From Amphiscolops sp. MND2022 (Eukaryota), in NCBI GenBank assembly GCA_964187785.1, contig OZ076409.1, forward strand, positions 86,678,001 to 86,742,000: a stretch of 64,000 nt of DNA. The letters run 5' to 3'. Under the pieces are notes generated by a model, which searched no databases, was not told the DNA's origin, and saw only the letters and a list, made by a program, of their open reading frames with translations. A program made the translations under genes and the position numbers. Every line of letters starts with the position of its first letter. The first letter of the stretch is position 1. Below are positions 1 to 12,500 of the stretch, in pieces.

Positions 1-1617
1 TTCTACGATCAGATCAAAGTTATTTCAAAACAGACAAGTCAAGCTCGTCAAACTTTATTGTTTTCTGCTACTTTGCCTCAAGCTGTTACCGAGTTCAGCC
101 GGATAGGTTTACATGATCCAGTTCTGATCAGACTTGACAAAGATGAGCGGCTCAGTGAAAATTTGAAAACTCATTATTTCCATGTGCGCTCAGTGGAACG
201 AATACCTTTGATGCTATACCTAGTAAACAAAAAATTTTCGACTGAAGACAAAACAGCAATCTTTCTACCAACAAAACATTACGTGGAGTACGTTCACGAG
301 CTGTTGAATTCAATGAACATATCCAATTCCTACGTTTATAGTGCATTAGATCAACAAGCCAGACTTGAAAACGTTCAGAAATTTCGAGATGGGGTATGCT
401 CAATTTTGTTGGTCACTGACATTGCAGCCAGAGGAATCGATATCCCTGTCTTAGACAATGTCATCAACTTCAATTTTCCATCATCTCCAAAACTGTTTGT
501 TCACAGAGTTGGTCGCGTGGCCAGAGGTGGGAAGTCTGGGTTGGCTTTGAATTTCGTGACGCCCGAGGAAATGGGGTTTTATATTGACGTTCAGTTATTT
601 CTTGGTCGTAAAATTTCATTAGTCACACCAGAAACTGACGCCGAGGACGATAATTTCCTAGGTGCTGTTAACAAACGCTTGATTAACGATTACTCTGAGA
701 AAATTGCTACAAAAGATGATATGGAGTTGACTACCTTGTGTCAAGTTGCTGAAAACAGTTGGATTCAGTATTGGAAAACTTGTCCTGCGGCATGTCACGA
801 AAGCGTGAAACGTGCAAAGGAGTTGTTTCTGGAGAATTTGCAAATTCATCCGTTTCTTAAAGAAAACGCTTATGATGACGACGTGCAGGGTTTTTTGAAC
901 TCACTCAAGTCATACAAAACTCAGAAAACCATTTTCGAGATTAATCCTATGAAAAACGCTGTCGCCCATGAGGCGATGCAGAAAAACAGAAAGCGATATG
1001 CAGAACAAATTGTGAGCTACGCTACTAAAAAGCAGCGCAGATTAGAAGAGAAGAGTGAAGAAGCATTTGCTGAAGAGCGCAAAGCTCAGAAAGCGTTTAT
1101 TCCTTACACTTCAACTAACCAACATTTCGAGAAAGGTTTGGAAATCAGCCAGTTCGAGAATGAAGTGAAATCTTCCGGGTATGACGTCATCGCTGATGAC
1201 GAAAAGGGAATCAGAGAGCAAAGAGCGAGAAAGGTTTGGGATACTAAAAAGAAAAAATACGTTGGCTTGAATGAAGTCAAGAAGATAAAAACTGAGAGTG
1301 GCGTGACCATCAAAGCGTCTTACAAAACTGGGAAGTACGATGATTGGTTGAAAACCAGACAGACTTTCAAAGGCTCAACTGCTGAGAAAGAAGAATTTGA
1401 ACGTTTTGCTTCTCAAAGTGCAAGTGGTAAAGGAAAGAGAGAATTAAAGGGCAGAGACCAAGTTGCCAAAGAGAGGAGAATAAAAGCACGTAAAATGGAA
1501 TTTCAGCAACGCCGACATGAAGAAAAGAAAGCAAAGAAACAACAGTCCATGAATAAGAAACCAAGTGGCTTTAAGAAGCTGAAAACTGGAAAATCTGGGA
1601 AGTTTAAGAAGAAATGA
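1..1617 (+). CDS. DDX54: DEAD-box RNA helicase DDX54/Dbp10 (5'-partial)
   Basis: Frame open from base 1 (…QTLLFSAT motif III); motifs TDIAARGIDIP and HRVGRVAR; DBP10-type C-terminus (WDTKKKKYV…KIKTESGVTIKASYKTGKYDDW) and basic tail. Confidence 0.92.
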   Translation, partial: FYDQIKVISKQTSQARQTLLFSATLPQAVTEFSRIGLHDPVLIRLDKDERLSENLKTHYFHVRSVERIPLMLYLVNKKFSTEDKTAIFLPTKHYVEYVHELLNSMNISNSYVYSALDQQARLENVQKFRDGVCSILLVTDIAARGIDIPVLDNVINFNFPSSPKLFVHRVGRVARGGKSGLALNFVTPEEMGFYIDVQLFLGRKISLVTPETDAEDDNFLGAVNKRLINDYSEKIATKDDMELTTLCQVAENSWIQYWKTCPAACHESVKRAKELFLENLQIHPFLKENAYDDDVQGFLNSLKSYKTQKTIFEINPMKNAVAHEAMQKNRKRYAEQIVSYATKKQRRLEEKSEEAFAEERKAQKAFIPYTSTNQHFEKGLEISQFENEVKSSGYDVIADDEKGIREQRARKVWDTKKKKYVGLNEVKKIKTESGVTIKASYKTGKYDDWLKTRQTFKGSTAEKEEFERFASQSASGKGKRELKGRDQVAKERRIKARKMEFQQRRHEEKKAKKQQSMNKKPSGFKKLKTGKSGKFKKK

Positions 1618-1743
1618 TTATCAATACTTTTTTGTTTTTCTTTGTTGGTAATTGAAATTCGACCTTATAAGTTTTTTCTCCATTCAAATCTCACTTTTTT
1701 TCTGGATTTTTAAATCGGTCCTCAAATTGTATATCAGACTTTA

Positions 1744-2035
1744 TTGCACATGACGAAGTCAATGTGCATTGCAGTCCAGCTAAATACGTTTTTTTTTCCA
1801 CTATAGTCAACTTCATAATGAGCGCCTTTCAGAGAAAAGCCAAAACCCCAGAGAGATTCGAACCTGCAGCCTCCCGATTGCACGGCATAAGTGTTGACCA
1901 CTGTGCCATAGGGACGTTATTGAACAAAGTTGAACTGTTGAATATATACGCATGCGATTAAAATAATATATATACGCATATTAAAATAATCGATGTCTTC
2001 GTCATGTGTTGCGAAGCACCGCTTCGCCTCTGTGT
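1744..2035 (+). mobile_element. Helentron/DINE-1-like non-autonomous element, family B, with antisense tRNA-like cassette
   Basis: Subterminal inverted repeats CACATGACGAAG (1747-1758) / CTTCGTCATGTG (1997-2008); 5' hairpin; 3' stem-loop GCGAAGC-ACC-GCTTCGC then CTCTGTGT; minus-strand A box TGGCACAGTGG and B box GGTTCGAATC. Near-identical copies at 15540 and 19203. Confidence 0.7.
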
Positions 2036-2711
2036 TGCACATGTTTTCAATTTTGCTATCATGTCTAGTACGTATCCCAAAAGGAAATCTAGTACGTGTC
2101 CCGATAGAGGGAACCTTTAAGGCTGCAAGATTGCCCATTTATTGAATAAAAATTTGATTTCTAACTATGATCTGAATTCGAGGAACCAAAAAACGATTGG
2201 AGCCAAAAATTTTCATCGAAAGGTATCTCACGTACTCCAAGTCTTCGTCCTGTTTAAGAAGCGAGGTAGCGCTTTGATTGAGATAAAACAATGAGTGTTA
2301 CTTATTCGTACGCAGAGAGCTTCGCCTGAATTCAAATGGGAATGAAAATCGTCATATACGCTTAGTCGTTTTTTGTTCAAGTAACAAAGCCTATAGCCCT
2401 ATATTTGTCCTACATATGTTCAAATACATGTATGTCATAGGATTGGGTAAGAAAAATCGATTGCACGTATTAGTGTTAATGTGTGTAATAAAAGTTTATG
2501 CAAACTAGTACGGTAATATTTATGAAGAATCAAAGAGGCCATGTAAACTTTCAGTGAATAATTGTGCGCTATATAATGAAATAACAGGCTTATACTTATT
2601 CCACATTTTCTTTTAAACTTTGAAGTTAATGGCGATTGTATCCTAAAGCAGAAATTTACTGAGCCCCGCAAGTGTCTATTTTATAAATTTTGTTTTCAGA
2701 TTTTTGAAAAA

Positions 2712-3827
2712 ATGCAAGGTTTCCTGACAGGATATCAAACTAAAAAGGCATCTGCTGGTGATGCGTCAGCATCAAAAGGTGACAAAGTATCCAAAGGCGC
2801 ACCAGATGAAAGTGTACAACGTGAAAAACCGTGGGTTGAGAAATACCGACCCAAAACTATCGATGACATAGCTCACCAAGATGAAGCTGTGAAGGTTCTC
2901 CGAAATCTCATTAAAAACCCGGCTGCTTTTCCGAATCTTTTGTTCTACGGAAAACCGGGTACTGGAAAAACATCTGCTATTTTGGCAGTAGCCCGTCAAT
3001 TATTCGGGAGTCTTTACAAGGAGCGAGTGTTAGAGCTGAATGCATCCGACGAACGTGGAATTCAAGTGGTTCGTGAGAAAGTGAAGACATTCTCACAGTT
3101 GGCTTGCTCAACTACTTTGAGATCTGACGGTAAGTTTGCACCCGCTTTCAAACTGGTAATCTTGGACGAGGCGGACTCAATGACGACAGCTGCACAGTCT
3201 GCGTTGAGAAGGACTATGGAAAAGCAGACAAAAAACACTCGCTTCTGTCTGATTTGCAACTACGTAAGTCGTATCATAGATCCCATCACCTCTAGATGCA
3301 TGAAGTTCAGGTTTGAGAGCCTCCCTGAAAAAGTGATGATCACTCATCTGGAAAAGATCACCGCCAATGAGAAGCAAATCAAAGTCGCGGACGAAGCAGT
3401 TTACAAGGAAATTATTCGTGTAACCGAGGGTGACATGAGGAAGTCCATCACTCTTCTTCAGAGTGCTTCTCGTTTCAGTGAGGAAGTGACTGTTGACGTC
3501 ATCTCCGAGCTAGCTGGTGTTGTTCCTGATGACGTCATCGATAAACTCTTGACTGCTACGAAGCAGTCCAAGTTTTCCCAGTTGCAAACTAGTGTGAATG
3601 ACGTAATTCTGGACGGCTACCCCGCCAATCAGGTTCTCAGCCAAGTCGCCAAGAAATGCTTGGAAGATCCCTTCTACACGGATTTTGAAAAGGCCAAAAT
3701 ATTTGAGCGTATTGGGGTAATTGATCATAGATTGAACCAAGGAGCAAACGAATACCTTCAGTTGTTGGATCTGGCGACGACATTGCTTCATGTGAGTCAT
3801 CAAAACGACGAAGCTATGGAACATTGA
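2712..3827 (+). CDS. RFC4: Replication factor C subunit 4
   Basis: PWVEKYRP, Walker A GKPGTGKT, ELNASDERGIQVVREKVK, ILDEADSMT, SRC motif; intronless 371 aa ORF. Confidence 0.92.
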   Translation: MQGFLTGYQTKKASAGDASASKGDKVSKGAPDESVQREKPWVEKYRPKTIDDIAHQDEAVKVLRNLIKNPAAFPNLLFYGKPGTGKTSAILAVARQLFGSLYKERVLELNASDERGIQVVREKVKTFSQLACSTTLRSDGKFAPAFKLVILDEADSMTTAAQSALRRTMEKQTKNTRFCLICNYVSRIIDPITSRCMKFRFESLPEKVMITHLEKITANEKQIKVADEAVYKEIIRVTEGDMRKSITLLQSASRFSEEVTVDVISELAGVVPDDVIDKLLTATKQSKFSQLQTSVNDVILDGYPANQVLSQVAKKCLEDPFYTDFEKAKIFERIGVIDHRLNQGANEYLQLLDLATTLLHVSHQNDEAMEH

Positions 3828-4373
3828 TTACATGTATTTTTTGGAATACAAGTTGAATTTTTGCTGTTATTTGTTTGATGTGAATTTGATTGTGAAATAA
3901 TTCAATTTTTAATTTAGGAATAAAATGCCGTCTTCATTTGTGACTAACTTAAAAGCTATAAAGTGAGGTGTTTATTGTCTAATACCAATACTGGGGTATG
4001 TAGGTTGCACTCTGGTGCCCCGTAGCAATGCAACACGATTGCCTGGAAATCTAATTTAAAATTCAATTGTCAAAACAGCGGAAAACTCAGCTGCAAGAGT
4101 AGGCTACCCTAGTTTGGATAGCGTTGAAACGAATAAAGCAGCAAATATTGACCATAGCTATTTTCTGCAAGTCCGTTTTTTAGCCTTTCACGTGAAAAGA
4201 AAAGTCTACGATATTTGGCGGAGGCTAGAATATATCCTAACACGGCAAGCTCGTCTACACCGGGCGCAACATTAGCACCTGAAGTTCTCACTCGTTCGAT
4301 GCAAAAAGTTCTTGCATTTTTCGTCACGTCTAATCTTTAAAATTAACTTACGCTATGGTTTTGCGTAAATTGT

Positions 4374-5371
4374 TTACACTTGCGATAAGCAAGTGTTATG
4401 GGAAAGTGCGGGTGCTTGTTTTCCGCGCGACAACTCTCGTTTCAGCCCGCAAGTCGCATAGTTCAGGCGTTCGTGGTCTAGTGGTAAGATGCTTGCTTTT
4501 CAACCCAGAGGGTTCGTGTTCGAACCCGTGAGAATGCGCTAATTTTTTTACAAGTATTCCGAAGCAGAAGGTTCTCACTTTTTCGGCACTATGAGACTCC
4601 CCCCTTTTTTCGGCTGTGAGACTTTTTTTCGAAAAATTTTTAATGTCCTCAAAGGGTCCTCCCTTCAATTTGTTTTGATATTTTGCAACAGAACGAATGT
4701 TAAAAAATCCCAAAGGGTCCCTTCTTTCAGATTTTTCGGCACTATGAGACTGTTGAAAATTCTCATTTTTTGTTTTTTTTTCGAAAATTTTTTGAAGACT
4801 CCAATGGGTTCCCCTTCAATTTTTTTTTGAAATTTTGCAACAGAATGGTTAAAAATCTCAAAGGGCCCCCTTTTACAGTTTTCGGCATTGTGAGAAATTT
4901 CAAAATCAATAATTTTTGTCTTAAAATTAGGTTTTCTGAGGCCCAGAATTTTTTTTAAAAGACCGGCGTTTTTTCTATGCTACTTTTTCTAATTTTGTTT
5001 TCATCAAAGCCCCCTCAATTTTTACTTAAAATGAAACTTTTTGCGAGCATAAAGGACTGCTCAAGGTTTTCGGCACTATGCGACTTACCGGAGACCTTCT
5101 TCAAAAAATTTTTCAAAAAAATTCGAATTTTTTTCCTTATTTTCTGTTTTTTTTTTAATGTTTCCGGTTGAGAGAGATGGTTTTTTTGCTGTTTCCAGTT
5201 GGGGAAGAATGGTTTTCGAGATTTATGCGTATCCCTTCAAGTATTTTTTGGCGCTGTAAAATTGATGAAATTTTTCACTTGGTTCTCTGTATGATTTTGC
5301 TTATTTGGATTTCTTCAAAAGTTCGCAACCTTCTGCGCAAGTGTTTGCGAAGCACGGCTTCGCCTCTGTGT
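4374..5371 (+). mobile_element. Helentron/DINE-1-like element, family C, with tRNA-like cassette
   Basis: subTIR ACACTTGCG (4376-4384, in hairpin ACACTTGC-GATAA-GCAAGTGT) / CGCAAGTGT (5336-5344); 3' stem-loop GCGAAGC-ACG-GCTTCGC + CTCTGTGT; A box TGGTCTAGTGG and B box GTTCGAACC at ~4475-4527; internal AAAGGGTCCCC modules. Confidence 0.7.
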
Positions 5372-5494
5372 CTATTATGGAGTGAAGGCGTCTCTAAGTT
5401 TTTTGCATATTTCCCTGTTTTTGGTGTCTTCTATGTATTTCAATATGGAGACTGAAATGATGTTATTTTTTGTGTGGAAGATTTCGTTATTTTT

Positions 5495-5858
5495 TGAACG
5501 ACAAGGTCAGTTCTGGCTCCATCCTTTCTAAACTCGGGCTCCAGGACATTGAGACAATCTTAAGAACTAACAGGTTGCGCTGGTTTGGCCACGTCGAAAG
5601 AAGCGCTGGGTGGATAAACCATGTGAGAAACCTGGAAGTTCAGTCACAACAGAAAAGACCAGGGAGACCGAAGCTGACCTGGAATGATGGGGTGATGCGC
5701 GATAAACAGCTGCTCGGGATGACGACATGTGACCCCCAAAACCGTTCGAGCTGGAGGGGTCCCCTGAGACAACGCCGACTGGCCTCACCCTCTGTTGAAG
5801 AGGATTAATCCCGGCCAGGATAATACAAACAGGATAATAAAAAAAAAATAATAAAAAA
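5495..5858 (+). mobile_element. RTE-clade LINE, 5'-truncated 3' fragment
   Basis: RLRWFGHVER…RPGRPKLTW C-terminal motif typical of RTE ORFs; A-rich tail. Confidence 0.75.
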
Positions 5859-6596
5859 TTTGTGTGATGCTGATGCAATAAAAAGTGACTCCTCTCAATT
5901 GGGGAAAAAGTTAAGTTGATAGTGCTTTTTAAAATTTCTACCGTTGAAGTCAAGTAAGAAAATGCATGTTTCAACAAAAATAAAGTTTTTTTCTAACTTT
6001 CCAAGGAAATGCATAGTTCGTCAAATTCTTACGGTTAGAGCTTGGTGCGGTTGATCTTCCAAAGTTACTCAACCGTACGAATAATCAGTAACTGGAAACA
6101 TCATTTGAGTATCATAGCTCATAGAAGTGTTCTGTCGCGACAGTAGTCTCGGCTGGAAGCTCAGATGTTTCGTCATATCATCGAATTTCAGCGCCTAGAA
6201 TTGGAATCTTTATACTCAAAAGCGGATTCTCCAATGAGCAACAAATTTTGTTAAACTTTGTGAGCGCTAGTTTATTCCCTCAATTTGGAGTTGGCACGTC
6301 GCTTCGCTCCTGCGTTTAGGGCACTAGCGGTATGTGATTGTGGCAGATCACTATTACCTTCTTTGGATGTTATTTACTTTCACAGTTTTTGGAAATTAGT
6401 TCCCGTCCCCATACTTATTGGGCGTAATGTCCGCATACATTCCTTTCCTGAATTTTGACACTTGCTTGTATTTGATTTTTAAAGGCTGGTTTCAGCTAAT
6501 TGTTAAACAGTTAGTTTTGATTCGATTAACCGCATCAAGCTGTTCTAACAGTGTATGTTTTCAGATTTATTAGTGCCTGGTGCAGCCATCTGAAAG

Positions 6597-9500
6597 ATGG
6601 AAGTACGCCGCCGACGAACGAAGACCAGTTCCTCATCAGCGGCTCCTCAACTTCTAGCCAAGTTAGATGCCTTCCCCAAAATAGATTCGGAATACACGAC
6701 CAAATCTAGGTCCGGAGGAGGTCTGGCAATCTTCACGTTTCTCTTCATCCTTTTCATGGTGCTTCTCGAAATAATCTACTTCATGGACACTCACATGGAA
6801 TATGACTATGCCGTAAATTCAGAGATCTCGCCAAAAATAGAGCTCAACCTAGACATCACAGTTGCCATGTCCTGTGCTATGATAGACGCCGATGTCTATG
6901 ACCATCTTAGTCAGACGCCTTTCAGTGGAGAATCCTTTCCCGGAAACCCTGCAAATTTCGAAATGAGCGAAGACCAAGCTAAATTCCATTCTATCTTAAA
7001 CAGAGCCAGGAAAGAAAAATTGGGAGCTGGCTCGACCATTGAGGAAATACTTTTCAAAAACGCAAAAGGTATTCAATATTGAAATAATTTATTGGATCAT
7101 TATGGGTATCAGTTTCATGTCTTTATTATTTTCGGTTTCGTTTCATGAGAAACGAAAAGTCTTAGTTTTAGCTGAGGATTTTTTTCCTCCCAGGTTTTTG
7201 CCATAACTTTTATAACTTAACTTCAATTCATATGCCACTTGACCTGGAGGTTAACGTGGATTTCTAGTCCTGGTGATGACATCTGAAGCAAAAGTACGTG
7301 GGTTCAGTCCCTTGGGTTTTTGAACCCTGTGCGACTTACGGAAGAAGTTTTTAACCAATTTTAGTTTTTTTGAGGCTTTCTGTTATGGAAAGCCGATTTC
7401 CGAGTAATAAGGGTGACCTCCTTTTGTTGAAGGTGACCTTTGTGGGACTGATGAGTTTTCTTAATAATTCTGGAATTGACTTTTTTTGGCTCTGTGAGCA
7501 ATAAAATTCTTTATGGAATTTTTTCTGTTCATTAGAGGTTCGCTGCTTCGGTATTTTTGATGTTCCTGTTTATAAAACGCATTTTTAGTAGGCGCTTTTC
7601 TAGAGAAAAAAGCCCGACTATTACAGTGACTAGTTTTTTTAGTCGGCGTTTTTCTAGTGAAAAGAGCCCGACTATTACAGTGGCTAGTTTTTTTTCTTTT
7701 TAGCCGGCGCTTTTCTAGTGAAAAGAGCCCGTCTATTGCAGTGACTAGTTTTTTAGCGGCGCCTTTTCCTTTAAGGAAAAAGCCCGACTATTACAGTGGC
7801 TAGTTTTTTTTCTTTTTTTTTTCGTCAGACCACAGAGCTCATCGCGTATGTACCACTTTTTACAGAAACTGATAAGACTACTCAGGCCAAGTCAGGCCAA
7901 TGGAAACTTAATTCAAAGGGTCCCCCCTTTCATTTTTTACCTTTTTTACGTAACCTACAAAACCGGAAGAGACCAAAGGGTCCCCCCTTTCAATTTTTTT
8001 TCGGCACTGTGCGAAATTTTTTTCGAAAATTTTTTAAGGTCTCAAAAGAGTCCCCCCTTCGAGTTTTTTGATATTTTGCAACAGAATGTGTTAATGAATC
8101 CCAAAGGGTCCCCCCTTTTCATTTTTCGGCACTATGCGACATTTTCGAAGTTTTTTCAAAAAAATTTTCAAATTTTATTTTGTTCCCAGTCGGGAAACAG
8201 TGATTTTCCAGTCATATCGAGCATGAAAGGCACACTTTGGGTGTCTCGAAAGTGTTTTCAAAGCTTTTCATGAATACCTCCTGAGCATATTTAGAAAACC
8301 TTGCGCTTCTTGAGCCTTAGATATAGCGCCGACTTTAGACGTTCCCGTCTTGTTTCGTCAGACCACAGACCTCATCGTGTATGTACCACTTTTTACAGAC
8401 TTCACTCATTCACGTGTACTCGTCAATACAGTCTTTACTCGGTTTACGGTGAACCCAGCGGTCACGGGTTCGAGTCCTTGCTTTAGCCAGAAACTTTTTC
8501 GAGCATTTTTTTTCGGCACTGTGCGACTCAATTTTTTTCGGAGCTCCGCGACTTTTTTTCGATTTTTTTTTACCTGCAAAGGGTCCCACCTTCAAGTTTT
8601 TTTTGATATTTTGCAGCAAACTAAAGTGCCAAAAAGCCCAAAGGGTCTCCCCTTTTATGTATTTCGGCACTATGAGACTGTTCAAAATTCTCATTTTTCG
8701 TTTTGTTTCGAAAATTAAAAAAAGATTCGATTTTTTTGTCTTCAAAGGATCCCCCGTCAATTTATTTGATATTTTGCAACAAACTGGATTTTACGGGGAA
8801 GTCTGTGTGTGAGTTGTGCAAAACCGACTGATCCGGTGACCACCTCGGAGGAAGATTTCGGTGAGCTAGGACGTGTGGATCAGAGCAAAAGGCAAGAAAC
8901 TTCATTGGATATTTGTGGACCTAGAAAAAGCGTTTGATCGGGTCCCGCGCCAAGTCATCGTCGAGGCACTTCGCCATCAAGCCGTACCAGAAAGGTCTCA
9001 AGGTCAGCGTGAAGAAGACTAAAGGCTTGACTACGAACGACAGCAACAGCCGCCCCAATGTAGCAGCCATAGACCCGTGTGGAGTATGCAGACAGCGTGT
9101 TGGGGTAAACTCGATCCGTTGTACGGCCTGCATGTGTTGGGTACACAAAAGATGCTCCAAAATACGGGGAAGTCTGAATTCGGCAAGGAACTTTGTGTGT
9201 GTGAGTTGTGCAAAACCGACTGATCCGGTGACCACCTCGGAGGAAGATTTCGGTGAGCTAGGACGTGTGGATAAGTTTGTTTACCTCGGGCATTGTGTGA
9301 ACGCAAGCTGTGGTTATGAGGATGCGGTAAGCCACCGAGTTCATTCTGCTTGGTACGCCTTCAGACGCCTGAGAGGTACACTTGTCGGTAAGCTCTCCCT
9401 TCGACAGCGTGGTTTCATTTACAGTAGATGTGTGTGCCCTGTTCTACTCTACTCATGCGAGACTTGGAGTTTAACTACCAACCTGAAGCTGCGATTGCAG

Positions 9501-12500
9501 AGCACGGAACGGAGGATGGTGAGAATGATGTGCGGAGTTCGCCTAGTGGACCGCCTACCATCGGAGGAGCTGAGAAGAAGGCTTGGAATACAGCCTGATG
9601 TAATTGAATGTCTGGAAACCAGTATCCTGGGATGGTTTGGGCACGTGGTGCGACGAAAAGACATCCACCCGATCAAAGCGGCACACAATTTCAGTGTTAC
9701 CGGAAAAAGGCCACCCGGTAGGCCCAAAAAGACCTGGGATAACGCTGTGCGGGAGCTACTGAAGGCTCGCCGACTATCGGAAGTGAACGCCCTCAATAGG
9801 GTTTTCTGGCGTTCGACGATTCAGGGACGCCCCGCCAACCTCAGCCAGCTGGGACAAGGCGGCAACAGATGATGATGATGATGAAACTGGATTTTCAAAA
9901 AGGTCGAAGGGTCCCCCTTTTACCGGTGTAAAAACTGCGCTTTTTGAGCCTTATATATAGCGCCGACTTTAGACGTTCCCGTCTTGTTATAGCCTAAAGG
10001 GTCACGCCTTTGGGTAATTTCAGCATTGCGACTTCGAATCAAAATGTTTGGGAAAAATTTCACTATCGGATTTTTGTGGTATTTTCTGTCTAGCAAGTCA
10101 AAGTCTTTTCCCCTATGAAATTTAGTTGTAACAGTATACGTGAAATATCACAGTGCCACTGCGCCCCTTAATATTATGGAGTTAGCGGCAGTCCTATTGT
10201 AACTCTTCCAAGGCCTCTTCCCTCATTTTATCTCTTCACCGAAATAGCATTACCGCCTTTTCTCTTTTAGCAGTATGCACACGCTCACCGTTTCTCCTGA
10301 CAGCAGTCGTGTCAATTTGACTAGATACTTAAGCCGGCTTCGCTGTATTTGCCAGCGGAGTGGCAATTCTAGCCCACATCAAAATCGTCAATGTGGTGGT
10401 TCCTCGTCGAAGCGCCTCCTTGACACAAATGACTTTTGTTTTTGTTACGTTTTTAGAGTCTATTGTTTGTTTTTCGAAAATTGGAACTGCTCAAGTTGCA
10501 GTTGTTTTTCGAAGCCCTTCTTTTCTGATCTCTATGCTCTCCGTGTTTCCTGACTTTAGTCTTTATTTGGCTAGATAATTAAGCCGGCTTCGCTGTATTT
10601 TCCAGCGAAGTGGCAATTCTAGCCTACATCAAAATGGTCAATGTGGTGGTTTCCCATCGAAGCGCCTCCTTGACATACATGTCTTTTGTGTTTGCGATAC
10701 TTCGTCTAGTTTTTTGCAGTCTCCAATCCAATCGTGTTGTTTTTTCGTTTATTGAGATATGGAAGTTTTGTTTTTGCGGATTGCGATTTCCTGATACTAC
10801 GTTCTAACTTTTCCCCTGAATTCAGTCTTTGTTGTAATTTTGACTAGATACTTAAGCCGGATTCGCTGTATTTTCCAGCGGAGTGGCAACTCTAGCCTAC
10901 ATCATAAGTCAGTGTGGTGTTCTGTTGTCCAGGCGCCACGGGTGACTCACATGGAGTTTCTAAACGAGTACTTCTTTCAGTTGCTTATCCGAGTTCACAA
11001 TCGTGTTCTAGTTTCTGCATAATTGCTACGACCTGCTTTCGGTTTTCTGGAATGTCTCGTGGATGCTTGAACCAGCTTAGTTGTTTTCCATATAGGAGTT
11101 GCTTTTTCAGACTCGACTAATTTTTTGTTGATTTGAGGAGCCTACGAAAAGTCAGTGCTCCATAAATCATGAACTGCTTAAATCCGAATTCTCTGGTTTG
11201 TTATGTTGATTTTCTGGCATAATGCGAAAAAATGGTATACTAACCAAATTTTTGGATATTTGAAAAACTAGTGCCATGAAATTAGTCATGTAAGACATAA
11301 AGGGAATACGTTGTCATACTCCGATTTTGAGTCATTCCTGATCAAGTTTTAAATAAATAGTATGACATGAAATAATTTATCAAATATGCAATGTCTCAAA
11401 GATACAATGTCCGGGAGCGATAGTTGTAATATTGATCAATTTTACCTGTAGTGAAAATTAGGTCAATGAAACATCCTTTACAGGGAAGATGCTTTACTTT
11501 TTATCTCCTTTTAGTCTCCGTGGTATGTCTTTTGCATTGTGGGACCTTAAAGTACACCGCTTGTTTCAAGTTCGAATATGCGCACCAACTCTAATCCTGT
11601 ATTTTTCAGCTTTGGGTTCTGGTCTCATGCACATGCCAACGTTTCTTTCCGATGACTCATCGAACAGTGGTTGTCGATTCAATGGAACTCTGACTGTAAA
11701 CAGGCATGCTGGAACTTTGCATGTGATTATGGGCAAGCAAATTAACCTGGGCATTGGTGGAAATTTCCACGCGCATATTCAGTTCGGCGGTGCACAGCCA
11801 CTTAACTTCTCCCATCGCATAGATCATCTGTCCTTTGGCTCGGTGAAAGTGCCTTATTTCGGTTCCTTGGACAACGAGCTTAAAATCACGAATGAAGCTG
11901 CTCAAGAATACCAATATACTATCACTGTGGTCCCTGTCTCTATAGACTCTTCGAAAGCTAAAGTCCATACCTACCAGCTGAGGTTATTTTAATTTGGATT
12001 GCTAATAAAATATTTAGGATTTGACTACTGTTGGCAAAATATGTGCTCATCATATACCTCGGAGAACTTTCCAAAGTAACATTTTCCATGATATTGTAAA
12101 CCTCAATTAGCTTGATAAAATGTAAGAGATGCTATGTGAGCGCTCATTAGGTTGAGAATTTAGTAGAAGTGAGTTGCCAGTTCTTGACCCTTGGTTACTT
12201 ATTTTTGAGGGCGCATTCTGTAACATTATTAAATATTTCGTCCGTTCAACTAGAAGCATCCCCGCATAGAAGCTGCCCTTAAATATGGACCGCCCTCGTT
12301 TTGAAAAGTTAAATTGAAAGCCACTATCTTTTTCAAGAAATACGGTATATACGCGAATAACAGCAATGGTAACTACTCCAAAACTAGTTTTCTAATTTTG
12401 CGAAATCATTGGATAATTTTGAATGTTTCAGTGTGCAAGAAAAACAACGTGTGATTAGTCACGAACACGGGGCTCATGGACAACCTGGAATCTATTTCAA

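Noticed and set aside
4468..4538. tRNA-like sequences as functional tRNA genes (also 1845-1915, 8430-8488, 25700-25795)
   Set aside because: A/B-box-like motifs are present but the acceptor and anticodon stems do not pair properly, and all lie inside repeats.
4396..5455. Many short Phe/Lys-rich ORFs here and at 7796-8812, 22852-24222, 25461-25755, 28190-28638 and 32764-35505
   Set aside because: They are translations of the non-coding Helentron-like repeat modules and have no protein motifs.
7585..7805. Regularly spaced palindromic repeats resembling a CRISPR array
   Set aside because: No unique spacers, no cas genes, eukaryotic context; these are tandem copies of the element's 5' end.
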